From an uncultured virus (IMG/VR IMGVR_UViG_3300042560_002070) (taxonomy: Duplodnaviria > Heunggongvirae > Uroviricota > Caudoviricetes): DNA of 28,512 bases. Location of the stretch: the IMG/VR virus record IMGVR_UViG_3300042560_002070. One strand, given 5' to 3'. Below are positions 8,485 through 17,024 of this stretch, one piece after another. The number at the start of each line of letters is the position of its first letter. Within the stretch, counting starts at the first letter, position 1. The position numbers and the translations under genes are program-made. The notes below the pieces were generated by a model. The model saw only the letters and a list, made by a program, of their open reading frames with translations, was not told where the DNA came from and made no database searches.

Positions 8485-8628
8485 ACACTCCATTGCTACC
8501 GTTACTCGGGCAGGCAGAACGGACTCTGCTTGCTCATTCATTAGACCTTCGATCATCTCTTGCGTCTCATTGACGCTTCCCATTACGGCATCCATTGCTT
8601 GCAGCAGGTAATCTTCATTAGCACTCAT
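8266..8628 (-). CDS. Hypothetical protein crossing the right recombination site
   Basis: Start overlaps the HTH gene stop; acidic N-terminus; last 219 nt are antisense to the recombinase. Confidence 0.55.
   Translation of the reverse strand: MSANEDYLLQAMDAVMGSVNETQEMIEGLMNEQAESVLPARVTVAMECLKILHRSQKIVTFSEMKRGGDSSVSTHDHEPISESVKRYPRTLEPEESQLRDVCCQFLSGYLIEAINGDETD
8468..8495. repeat. Right inverted site; imperfect palindrome around a TT core
   Basis: CgATGGAG-aa-TCT-[TT 8481-8482]-AGA-ca-CTCCATtG; contains TTAGACA at 8481-8487. Confidence 0.7.
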
Positions 8629-8830
8629 TAAGAGTCTCCAAAAAGCGATAATAGGCTTCTACTGTCGTCTTCATTCCTTGAGGCGTAACAAATGTCTCCA
8701 GCGTATGTACCTTGCCATCGACACCCATAACGCCATCTTTGACTAGGCGATAGACGGCATTGGTGCTGTACCCAATCTCTTTAGCTACTTGGCGAATCGA
8801 GAGCAGCTTTTCCTGTCGCGGATTGATCAT
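8618..8830 (-). CDS. DUF1580-like / excisionase-like HTH protein
   Basis: E.LLSIRQVAKEIGYSTNAVYRLVKDGV.G...LET....G..TTVEA..RF; GGGAGG SD upstream. Confidence 0.75.
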   Translation of the reverse strand: MINPRQEKLLSIRQVAKEIGYSTNAVYRLVKDGVMGVDGKVHTLETFVTPQGMKTTVEAYYRFLETLNEC

Positions 8831-8951
8831 TGTTGTAGTTTTCCTCCCATTATTGTTCCGCTTTACCCAGAACTGATTTTTCTTGCCATCAAAAAAAATG
8901 TAGTTGCTGAATCATGCGGTAGAGGATCACCCCTACCCCCAAGGAATCAGT
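8831..8951. promoter_or_regulatory. Divergent intergenic control region
   Basis: Non-coding gap between the leftward HTH/sigma unit and the rightward structural genes; SDs on both sides; no convincing -35/-10 pair. Confidence 0.5.
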
Positions 8952-10151
8952 ATGTCTACAGACCTGCAAAAGATGATCGAGGAGTCGCTAGCCAAACGGC
9001 AAGCGGCTGCGCTGGCCAGTCAGTCGTCAGATGAAAACGAAGATGTAAGTGAGGTTGAGCAGATCGAGGAAGTGCAGGATGTCGAGCAACCTGCCGCCGA
9101 GGAGCCCGCTGAACAAGCTGCTCCTATGTCTCCGCTTCGCGAAGCACTAGCTAAGCATAACGTCGCTGCCGATCAGTTGTCTGATGACGATCTATCAAAA
9201 CAATTGGCTGCTTTAATAGCCGAGCGAGACGCTGAAAAGAAGCGAGTCGCTGAGCTGGAGGAGACTGCACGCCGAGCGCAGGAAGCTGCCGAGCAACTGC
9301 GATATCAGGTGTCACAGCCACAGGCACCACAGCAACCTCAGTCGCCAGAGAATAACGCACAGAAGCTTAAGAAGTGGGAGCGGGTCGAGATAGATCCCCA
9401 GCTTACTAAGCTCTGCAAGTATGACGATGCTACCTCGCGATTTCTGCCAGCACTAGACGGTGATGCAGATTCGATTCGAGCAGCTCAGTCGCTTAACGCA
9501 GCGGTTGCCGAGCAGCAGCGTCGTAGTCAGCTTCTGATAAACGATCCAGTATCGGCGTTTAGTGAAGCTGGTCTGATGGATCAGTTCAGTCAGCTTGTTG
9601 AGTCGCGATTTAAGCAGTTTCAAGAACAACTTGCGACCACGCTTACACAGCGGCAGCAGCAGGCTTTGCAGGCTCGTCAAGAACAGGAATCTGAGCTAAG
9701 GGCACAGAAGTTTTTTGATGATCACAAGGCTGAGTTTTTTAAGCTCGGTGCTGACGGAACGATCATGAAGGGTCTTGATGGTCGTGATGTTGTGAGTGAA
9801 CGAGGCGAACTGTTTCGTCAGAAGGCTCAAGAGATTCGTCAGCAGTATGGTAATGCGATTGCTGATGAGTTGGTGATTGCAGACTTGGCTTACAAGCTAA
9901 TGCCCCCACTGCCCAAGGAGGCAACTCCTGAGGAAGCAGCGAAGACCAAGAAAGAAAAAGTTCAAGAAAAGAAGAACCAGTTTGTTGAGAAGGCTCGGCA
10001 AACAACCAATTCGGAACGGAAGTCAATCGGTGTGTCGCAGGCGTTGGTACGTCCAGCACCTCAGTCTGATCGTCCAATGTCTTTTCGAGAGATGCTGTTG
10101 ACGGATCCGGACAACGCTGAAGCGCTTGGGGAATTTTATCAAGGCAATTAA
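8952..10151 (+). CDS. Putative capsid scaffolding protein
   Basis: Acidic N-terminus, Q/E/A-rich coiled coils, directly upstream of the capsid gene; AAGGA SD before ATG 8952. Confidence 0.65.
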   Translation: MSTDLQKMIEESLAKRQAAALASQSSDENEDVSEVEQIEEVQDVEQPAAEEPAEQAAPMSPLREALAKHNVAADQLSDDDLSKQLAALIAERDAEKKRVAELEETARRAQEAAEQLRYQVSQPQAPQQPQSPENNAQKLKKWERVEIDPQLTKLCKYDDATSRFLPALDGDADSIRAAQSLNAAVAEQQRRSQLLINDPVSAFSEAGLMDQFSQLVESRFKQFQEQLATTLTQRQQQALQARQEQESELRAQKFFDDHKAEFFKLGADGTIMKGLDGRDVVSERGELFRQKAQEIRQQYGNAIADELVIADLAYKLMPPLPKEATPEEAAKTKKEKVQEKKNQFVEKARQTTNSERKSIGVSQALVRPAPQSDRPMSFREMLLTDPDNAEALGEFYQGN

Positions 10152-10170
10152 GGACAGGAGTTAAAGTGCA

Positions 10171-11283
10171 ATGCCTGAGGCAACACTAGCAATTCGTAAC
10201 ACAGCGCCAAAGTTTCTTAAAGGCGCTTCGGACCAGACGATCCGCAATCGTTTCTGGTTAGCTTATCTGCAAAAAGAGGGTCGCATTCTTTATAACCAGG
10301 GTGGTGTCGCCTGCAACTGGAATGTTCGCGCTCGACAACCAGACACTCGTAACCATGCGTCTGGTGTGGGTGTTATCTATTCGCAAACTAACTCGTTCGA
10401 ACAGTTGACGGTTCCTGTCGCTGGCATCATCGGCACTCAGGCTTTGGACCTCAAGGTTCAAATGATGAACAAAGAGCCTTTAGCTATTGTTGATCTTTAC
10501 AGCGATGCGATGGAATCGTTGCTTGCGGCAGTTGGTCATCGATTGTCGTCGGAGTTGTTTATTCGCAATACGGGTAACGAAAATCAGCTCATTGGTATCG
10601 ATACCCCAATGGTTCCGGATGGATCAGTTTCTGTTAACGATTTAGTGGCACTGCCCTCATCGTCAGCAGCCTACGGTGGTAAGTTGGTTCGTCCTGGTTC
10701 CATCGGTGGCGCTTGGAGTGCTAACCTTGCTGCTGCGGATCGTCCTTCGAGCCTGCTAACCAATGACTGGCCTCTCGGATCTGGCACACCTGACTTCGAT
10801 TACATTACGCCAAAACTCCTCAATTATCGATCTAACAGATGGGGTACTGGTGGTTCTACTTGGTCAGATAACTGCGAGCACGTTATGCGTCGCGGAAAGT
10901 CGTGGATCATGAATTTGAGTGGGGCTACCAAAACCCCTACGCTGCACATTTTGTCGCAGGAGTTGTACGACCAGTTTCTTGATCGCTTGAGCGTTCGTGA
11001 GCGATTGATGGTGAGTGATTACGGCAAAGCTCTTGGCTTCGGTGACAACGTACTTACCTATGGTGGTGCGATGGTTATGCCGGATTACGACTGTCCAGCA
11101 GGTTCTGGATACGCCGTCAACGCAGCCGAGATGAGTTTGTTTAGTTTGCACTCGGACTTGTTCTACAGCGTTGGACCCGACTTCAATAACACCGCTTTGG
11201 CTACCGAAGTCTTGGTGGGTTTTTGGGGTAACATGCGTTTCAATCCAAAACATGTTGCTAAATACGGCGCTTTTGGAACCTAA
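10171..11283 (+). CDS. Major capsid protein
   Basis: 370 aa; follows the scaffold; capsid-like C-terminus (TPTLHILSQELY...TYGGAMVMPDYDCP...FWGNMRFNPK); AGGAG SD. Confidence 0.8.
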   Translation: MPEATLAIRNTAPKFLKGASDQTIRNRFWLAYLQKEGRILYNQGGVACNWNVRARQPDTRNHASGVGVIYSQTNSFEQLTVPVAGIIGTQALDLKVQMMNKEPLAIVDLYSDAMESLLAAVGHRLSSELFIRNTGNENQLIGIDTPMVPDGSVSVNDLVALPSSSAAYGGKLVRPGSIGGAWSANLAAADRPSSLLTNDWPLGSGTPDFDYITPKLLNYRSNRWGTGGSTWSDNCEHVMRRGKSWIMNLSGATKTPTLHILSQELYDQFLDRLSVRERLMVSDYGKALGFGDNVLTYGGAMVMPDYDCPAGSGYAVNAAEMSLFSLHSDLFYSVGPDFNNTALATEVLVGFWGNMRFNPKHVAKYGAFGT

Positions 11284-11333
11284 TGATCTAACAAGTTAAT
11301 AACGCTGAATAAAACAAATAAGGAGATTTTATC

Positions 11334-11861
11334 GTGGGCATGGTTCAAATGAATTTTTATCCTCTCGGGCGGACGGCACCTGCTACCGAATTGCCTGAGT
11401 TGGTTGGTGGTGTTCACACTTTTCAGCATGTCGACTACAGCTTGCCTGAGTCGCAACGAACGATCATTTCCAACCAGGAAATTATTGCGATCTGGGTGAA
11501 GAATGATTCGGGTGGAACATTGAGCGCCAGCCAGATTGTTACCTGGAAATCTGGTTCTGCCGGTACTCTTATCGGTGGTGTTACGGCTGATGCTGCTACA
11601 GGCTGTGGTGCAGTCGATCCGTTCCTAACCACGACTGTTGCTAACGGTGAGTTCTTCTACATCATCGTGCGTGGTCCTGGCCGAGGAATCTCGGCTGGTT
11701 CTGTTTCCGCTAATGCCATCATCATTCCGGCAGCTTCGGGTCGCTTTAATACAGTTACCAACGATGCAGCAGGTTCTCTAAATGCTTGCGGCAGGCTTAA
11801 TGTCGCTTCCACGGCTGCTGCTCAGGTTCGCGATGTTATTTGGGCATTCCCTGGTTACTAA
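11334..11861 (+). CDS. Putative capsid decoration/cement protein
   Basis: G/A/T-rich beta protein right after the capsid gene (VANGEFFYIIVRGP); AAGGAG SD. Confidence 0.6.
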   Translation: MGMVQMNFYPLGRTAPATELPELVGGVHTFQHVDYSLPESQRTIISNQEIIAIWVKNDSGGTLSASQIVTWKSGSAGTLIGGVTADAATGCGAVDPFLTTTVANGEFFYIIVRGPGRGISAGSVSANAIIIPAASGRFNTVTNDAAGSLNACGRLNVASTAAAQVRDVIWAFPGY

Positions 11862-11881
11862 CCTGCGAACGCTAGTGGAAC

Positions 11882-11920
11882 GCTAGTGGGTGGCATGGAT
11901 GCCGTCCACTAGCAGCTTTT
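11882..11920 (+). terminator. Probable intrinsic terminator
   Basis: Stem GCTAGTGGGTGGCA...TGCCGTCCACTAGC (11882-11913) followed by AGCTTTT. Confidence 0.7.
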
Positions 11921-11952
11921 CTAAAACAATCAAAAGTAAAGCGAGGTGATCT

Positions 11953-12141
11953 GTGTCAGAAATCAAAGGTATCACGCCAAAAGGTGATGCTCTTACAAGT
12001 CCGACCTTCAAGGTAACTGGCAAGGGCTACGGCTCAGAGCCAACCGTACCGAATGTAGTTAGTGAGAAAGCAGCCTTTCAGAACGAGCCACCAGTAGGAA
12101 ACGCTTACAAAAGTATGGTGTCTCCTCTGAAGAAGAAGTAA
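11953..12141 (+). CDS. Hypothetical protein (62 aa)
   Basis: GAGGTG SD with GTG start; fills the gap. Confidence 0.65.
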   Translation: MSEIKGITPKGDALTSPTFKVTGKGYGSEPTVPNVVSEKAAFQNEPPVGNAYKSMVSPLKKK

Positions 12142-12161
12142 CCCAATCTTTGACGATGGGG

Positions 12162-12223
12162 GGTGGCTTGCGCCGCTGGGGTTGGGGCCGGTGAGACGTT
12201 CTAAATCTTACTGGCCCCGCTTC
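12162..12223 (+). other. Two intergenic RNA hairpins
   Basis: GGTGGC-TTGC-GCCGCT (12162-12177) and GGGGCCGGTGAGA-9nt-TCTTACTGGCCCC (12184-12218). Confidence 0.6.
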
Positions 12224-12236
12224 GTTGAGGTACTTG

Positions 12237-12854
12237 ATGACTTCAGGACTACCTGTCACTCGCACTACATCACAGTGCTACGAATGCAAGCAAGTGTTTT
12301 CTAATCGGCACATCGTTGGCGGTTATTGCCAAGAGTGTCACGAAATACGGCGAGATCGAATCGCTAGGGAGCTAGAGATGTCGGATCGTAGACAGACGGC
12401 ACAATTTTCCAGAGAGCTTCTCTCTCGTATCAAGAACGTCGGTTCCGATAAGCAAGTTCTTGACCAAGTGTTCGCCAAGTTTACTGAGTTGATTGGTGGC
12501 CCTGATGGATTGGCTACCAAGCTAAAAGAAGACTTTGATAAGGTGCGTGGCGACAACCTGTCTCCTAAGGAGCAAGTGATGTTCGAACGCAAGGACTCAG
12601 TGATCGTCAAGTATTGGCAGCTAATCCTAAGTCTACAGGAAAAATTAGACGACCGGAATAATGTGGATGCAAGTGGTCTGACCGACGAAGACCTCCAAGC
12701 AACCTTGGCTCAGCTCGCTGCTCAGCTCATCCGTACTGATGCTGATTTTCGTACACAGGTCTTGAGTATTACGAACAACGCTCAAGAGGAAGAACCTGAG
12801 GATGTACCTTTTGAGACTCGTCCAGCTACGGACGAAGAACCTAGCTGGGATTGA
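12237..12854 (+). CDS. Zn-finger protein, candidate terminase small subunit
   Basis: CYEC...CQEC; C-terminal DASGLTDEDL; immediately upstream of terL; GAGGT SD. Function is assigned by position only. Confidence 0.5.
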   Translation: MTSGLPVTRTTSQCYECKQVFSNRHIVGGYCQECHEIRRDRIARELEMSDRRQTAQFSRELLSRIKNVGSDKQVLDQVFAKFTELIGGPDGLATKLKEDFDKVRGDNLSPKEQVMFERKDSVIVKYWQLILSLQEKLDDRNNVDASGLTDEDLQATLAQLAAQLIRTDADFRTQVLSITNNAQEEEPEDVPFETRPATDEEPSWD

Positions 12855-12856
12855 CT

Positions 12857-14599
12857 ATGAGCTTAAACCAACTTTCGAGTCGAGAAGCCGCAGCACTGGT
12901 TGAAGCGGCACGCAGAAGAACAACCGGACTCGAACTGTTTCGGGCTCAGCCTCATCAGGATCCTATTTTTGAAAGTAACGCCAGAGAGCTTCTAGTGCGT
13001 GGTGGTGTGCGAGCAGGCAAGAGTCTTTCACTCGCTGTTCTGACTGCTGCAATAGCAACGGATACGTATATCACGCTGTCAGATGGTCGTCAGATAAGGG
13101 CTAGGCGACCTCATCAAATTGGTAGACCACTCACAATATGGATCATTGGCTACGATCAGCGACATATCGGTGAGACAATCTTTCGGCTTCTGTTTCGTCC
13201 TGGCTTGTTCAAGATCATACGCGACCGTTCTACAGGACAATGGCGAGCGTTTAATCAGGATGATCCTGACGATGCTGCTCGATCGGAGCAGGTGCAGCCA
13301 AGCTATCCGATCATCCCTAATAGGTACATTAAGCCAGGATCTTGGGATTGGGAAAACAAAGGCAACCACGAGTTTAAAAAGGTTGTTATCTGGAACCCTG
13401 TCACAAAAGAGACTCTTGCTGAGATTTACGCCTACTCAAGTAAAGCAGAACCAAAACAGGGCGACCCAATAGATTTATGCTGGATCGACGAGGCAATCAA
13501 ATATCCTCAACACTATTCAGAGTGGCAGTCTCGTTTGGCTGACCGTCGAGGAAGGCTGTACTGGTCTAGCTGGCCTAGAGCCAATAATGCTGCCCTGAGA
13601 GCGCTGACAGCGAGAGCCAAGGAACAGGATTCGAACGACCCTAATCCGATGGCCGGAGAGGTCATCTTGCAGACCAGCCAAAATGCTCAGCTTGACCCAC
13701 AGGGTAAGAGAGAACTTCTGTCGGGGTTCACAACAGAAGAACTGGCTTCTCGCGATCGTGGTGAATACTCCCTCGACCAGCTCAAGATGTACCATCTGTT
13801 TGATCGCAACTTCCATTGTGCGATTTACCCAGAAGGTGTCGACGATGAAATCTCCAAGGTGCTAAGGGCTACTAATGGCCAGCCGCCCGTGGACTGGACT
13901 AGAGAAATGATTCTCGATCCAGGTACTAACAATCCTGCTGTGCTTTTTTGCGCAATACCGCCACCCAGGTTTGGTGAGTTTTATGTTGTGTACGACGAGC
14001 TTTACCCTGGTCGTCGTGATGCCGATCAACTTGCTCCTATGATCAAAGCCAAGATGCAGGGTTATCCGTTCTATCGGTTTATTATTGACCAAAGAGCCGG
14101 TAAGCAGACGACAATGGGATTCTCGATGACGGTGGCAGACAACTATGCCAGAGCTTTCAAGAACCATCACATACAGTCTGTTGTGACGGGCAATCACTTT
14201 GTGTGGGGCAATGCAAACGTCGAATCAAGAATCATGCGTTTGCAGTCGTGGATGCACATCAATGAAAAGTCCGGATCCTATCCGTACTTAAGGATCGTCA
14301 CCGATCGATGTCCGGTTCTGTGCAAGCAACTGGAGGATTATGTCAAGGAAGAAAAGCAAGACAACGAAATAGGCGATCGACCGGCCAAAGGTCAGAAGAT
14401 CGACTTAAGTGTCGGGCTCGAATACTGGGCTGGAAGTTTTCCAAAGTGGTTCCCGGTTGCCGGGAAGAATATAGGGGGAGGCTCAGCTTCCCTTCAATTG
14501 TTCAATCAGTTGCGAGCTATAGAGAGAAGCAAGAGCAAGAAGGCGGACAACTCGATTGAGCTTGGTAATAGTTACTCCCCATATAAGGTGCAAGTATGA
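12857..14599 (+). CDS. terL: Terminase large subunit
   Basis: Walker A GGVRAGKS, Walker B LCWIDEA, RNase H-like nuclease start ILDPG. Confidence 0.9.
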   Translation: MSLNQLSSREAAALVEAARRRTTGLELFRAQPHQDPIFESNARELLVRGGVRAGKSLSLAVLTAAIATDTYITLSDGRQIRARRPHQIGRPLTIWIIGYDQRHIGETIFRLLFRPGLFKIIRDRSTGQWRAFNQDDPDDAARSEQVQPSYPIIPNRYIKPGSWDWENKGNHEFKKVVIWNPVTKETLAEIYAYSSKAEPKQGDPIDLCWIDEAIKYPQHYSEWQSRLADRRGRLYWSSWPRANNAALRALTARAKEQDSNDPNPMAGEVILQTSQNAQLDPQGKRELLSGFTTEELASRDRGEYSLDQLKMYHLFDRNFHCAIYPEGVDDEISKVLRATNGQPPVDWTREMILDPGTNNPAVLFCAIPPPRFGEFYVVYDELYPGRRDADQLAPMIKAKMQGYPFYRFIIDQRAGKQTTMGFSMTVADNYARAFKNHHIQSVVTGNHFVWGNANVESRIMRLQSWMHINEKSGSYPYLRIVTDRCPVLCKQLEDYVKEEKQDNEIGDRPAKGQKIDLSVGLEYWAGSFPKWFPVAGKNIGGGSASLQLFNQLRAIERSKSKKADNSIELGNSYSPYKVQV

Positions 14600-14931
14600 G
14601 CAAGCTGAATGAGAAGTTTAGTGGATTGGCTCCGGTCGGATTTACGGTGCTTTATTGTCCTGCTGGTCAGTTGGATGATGCACTCCCAGCTATTGTAACT
14701 GAGTCTTACCACGAAGGTGTAGTGTCTCTTTTTGTGCCTCCTTGCCAGCGTCGTCGAGAAGGTCAAATTGTAAACCGAACCTACCATGTTTCGGACGAAA
14801 GGCTGTTCAGTATCGATGGCAGTCCAACTGATTTAGCCATGCGAAACGGTTTCTGGATTTTTCCTGATTGGGCTGCACCGCTTCTGAATCCTGTTCTACG
14901 AAGCAAAACGCAAGCAAAGGATAACGGCTAA
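14596..14931 (+). CDS. Hypothetical protein
   Basis: Start and stop overlap terL (ATGA) and portal (TAATG). Confidence 0.75.
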   Translation: MSKLNEKFSGLAPVGFTVLYCPAGQLDDALPAIVTESYHEGVVSLFVPPCQRRREGQIVNRTYHVSDERLFSIDGSPTDLAMRNGFWIFPDWAAPLLNPVLRSKTQAKDNG

Positions 14932-17021
14932 TGCTTGAGGCTGAGGGGCGACTGCGTAAGCTGGTTAGCGTATGGTTGCGGAAGCTTGAGCAGGCACGTA
15001 CTGCGCGTGAACCGTTTAGGAAGACGGCAGATATCTGTAGAAACTTCTATCAGGGCTCCTGCGGTTTTATGTGGGAGGAGGGGTTTCGCAGTAGATACTT
15101 TGCCAATCTCCCTGCTCCTAGATTTAAGTTGACTATAGCGAAAGCTTTTGAATTAGTTGCTGTGGTCGCCCCTTCATTGTATTGGGATTATCCTGGTAGG
15201 ACGGCCAGACCTTACGCGAGGCTTAATATCCAACCTGATGTGTTTGGTGATCCTAACGATCCCAACACTCAGCAGGCTTATCAGGAGTTCATGCAGCGTT
15301 ACGAGAGTCAGCGAAGAGTCGACGCAACTCGCTGCTCTCTTATGGAGCAATATCTCAACTACAGTCAGCGTGAGCAGCCCAATGGTGGCTTAATTGCTGA
15401 GAGTCGTCTCGCTATTACCGAGGCATTGATCACAGGGCGTGGCTGTTTGTGGACGGAATCCTATAGGTATCCTGGCAGCGACCGTGTGCTGACTCGATCG
15501 ATATTTGATAGTTGTCTGCGATTGTTTATTGATCCTCAGTGCACTAAGCCTAACCTGTCAGATTGCGGCTGGATTGCTAGACAGCATATTGATGACTATT
15601 GGGAAGTGGAGCGTCGGTTTAATTTGCCAGAAGGATCGCTGAAGACCGCAGTGTCCTCGGGTGCAGTGGGTAGTACTGACTCGGCGGACTTCAATAACTC
15701 GTCCCGAGATGAGTATCACACAGCCAAGTTATCAGCAGGTGGCAATGAAAATAAGATTGTGTGGTATGAAATTTTCAGTCGAGTTGGTGTGGGTACTCGC
15801 CTTGAGTCTTTCGATGATGCGCTTCATCAAGCGTTCGAAACCGTCGTGGGTGACTTCGCCTATTTGTGTATTGCCAAGAACGTCAACTTTCCACTTAACT
15901 TTCCTCCTAGCACAGTTAATGAGGGGGATGACGTTATTAGGTCGTCGCTGGACTGGCCGGTTCCTATTTATCGAGATAATCGCTGGCCGGTGTCATTGCT
16001 TGATTTTTACGAAGCAGCCAGTGGTCCTTGGCCTTTAGCTCCTGTTGCTATGGGTTTGGGTGAGCTAATCTTCCTCAATGTCATTATGAGCTGCTTGTGC
16101 GATCGAGTGTACATGAACTCTCGCAATATCTGGGCAGTTCTCAAAGAGGCTGGCGACGACATTATGCGTCAGATTAAGTCGGATGACTTCAATCTGGTGC
16201 TAGAACTCAATGGTCAGATTCATCAGAACGTAAAAGAACTGGTGTCGATGATCGAGTCACCTGCCGTCAACTTCGATGTGTTTCGAATGATCGATTACGT
16301 GTCGATGTTGTTCGATAAGCGTACTGGCTTATCTGAATCGCTATACGGAATGAACGTCGGTGGTAAGGTTGCTAGGACTGCTGCGGATATTAACTTCAAG
16401 GAGGCAGCTACTTCGATTCGTCCAGATTGGATGGCAAGGCGAGTTGAGGATTGGCAGACCAGCGTAGCGAATGTTGAGAGAATTTACGCTGGGTGGAATG
16501 TGCAGGGTAAGGATCTGATTCCTTTGTTTGGTCCTGATGCGTCTCAGTTATGGGATACGCTAGTTGCCAATGAAGATCCTGAAGTGTATGTGCGTGAGAT
16601 GAATATGACGGTGGAGGCGAACTCTATTCGCAAGCCGAACAAGTTCCGCGATAACGAAAATCTTGCACGCTTGGCTCAGTATTTGATACCTGAGCTATCG
16701 AGAGTGGCGCAGCAAGGAGATCCCACGGCGCTCAATGCTTTTATCAAGTCGCTGGGTGATGCTATGGAGCAGGATGTCACGGAATGGTTAGTTCCCTCAC
16801 CGCCACCACCACCTGCTCCTCCTCCGCAACAGCAGGAGCAGGGGCCACCGCAAATTCCTCCCGAAGCAGGGATGCCTCCAGAACCGCCTATCCAGCAGAT
16901 GCCTCCAGAGATGGCTATGCCCGAACAGATGCCGATGGGCTCTGGTGATGAGTTACCGATGTCTCCTGAGCTGATGGCGGCAATGGAGCAGTTACCCCCA
17001 GAGATGATGATGGAGATGTAG
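14931..17021 (+). CDS. Portal protein
   Basis: 696 aa after terL; EALITGRG, TGLSESLYG...RTAAD; Pro/Met/Gln-rich tail. Confidence 0.82.
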   Translation: MLEAEGRLRKLVSVWLRKLEQARTAREPFRKTADICRNFYQGSCGFMWEEGFRSRYFANLPAPRFKLTIAKAFELVAVVAPSLYWDYPGRTARPYARLNIQPDVFGDPNDPNTQQAYQEFMQRYESQRRVDATRCSLMEQYLNYSQREQPNGGLIAESRLAITEALITGRGCLWTESYRYPGSDRVLTRSIFDSCLRLFIDPQCTKPNLSDCGWIARQHIDDYWEVERRFNLPEGSLKTAVSSGAVGSTDSADFNNSSRDEYHTAKLSAGGNENKIVWYEIFSRVGVGTRLESFDDALHQAFETVVGDFAYLCIAKNVNFPLNFPPSTVNEGDDVIRSSLDWPVPIYRDNRWPVSLLDFYEAASGPWPLAPVAMGLGELIFLNVIMSCLCDRVYMNSRNIWAVLKEAGDDIMRQIKSDDFNLVLELNGQIHQNVKELVSMIESPAVNFDVFRMIDYVSMLFDKRTGLSESLYGMNVGGKVARTAADINFKEAATSIRPDWMARRVEDWQTSVANVERIYAGWNVQGKDLIPLFGPDASQLWDTLVANEDPEVYVREMNMTVEANSIRKPNKFRDNENLARLAQYLIPELSRVAQQGDPTALNAFIKSLGDAMEQDVTEWLVPSPPPPPAPPPQQQEQGPPQIPPEAGMPPEPPIQQMPPEMAMPEQMPMGSGDELPMSPELMAAMEQLPPEMMMEM

Positions 17022-17024
17022 TTA

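Larger units (their letters stand above)
6881..8487. mobile_element. Putative invertible (or excisable) segment containing only the recombinase gene
   Basis: Inverted sites sit at the ORF start and stop; the gene opposes all its neighbours and overlaps both abnormally. Confidence 0.6.

Noticed and set aside
6881..8487. Classical DDE insertion sequence (TGT...ACA ends, CTTCA/CTCCA as 5-bp duplication) or IS607
   Set aside because: No DDE transposase. IS607 TnpA has an N-terminal HTH and usually a tnpB partner; both are absent.
8883..8912. TTGCCA plus A8 tract as a phase-variable promoter
   Set aside because: No acceptable -10 at 16-18 bp spacing, and A8 is short.
12150..12225. tRNA gene
   Set aside because: No cloverleaf, T-loop consensus or acceptor stem.
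16790..17021. Pro/Met/Gln-rich repeats at the portal C-terminus
   Set aside because: Low-complexity coding tail, not a DNA repeat array.
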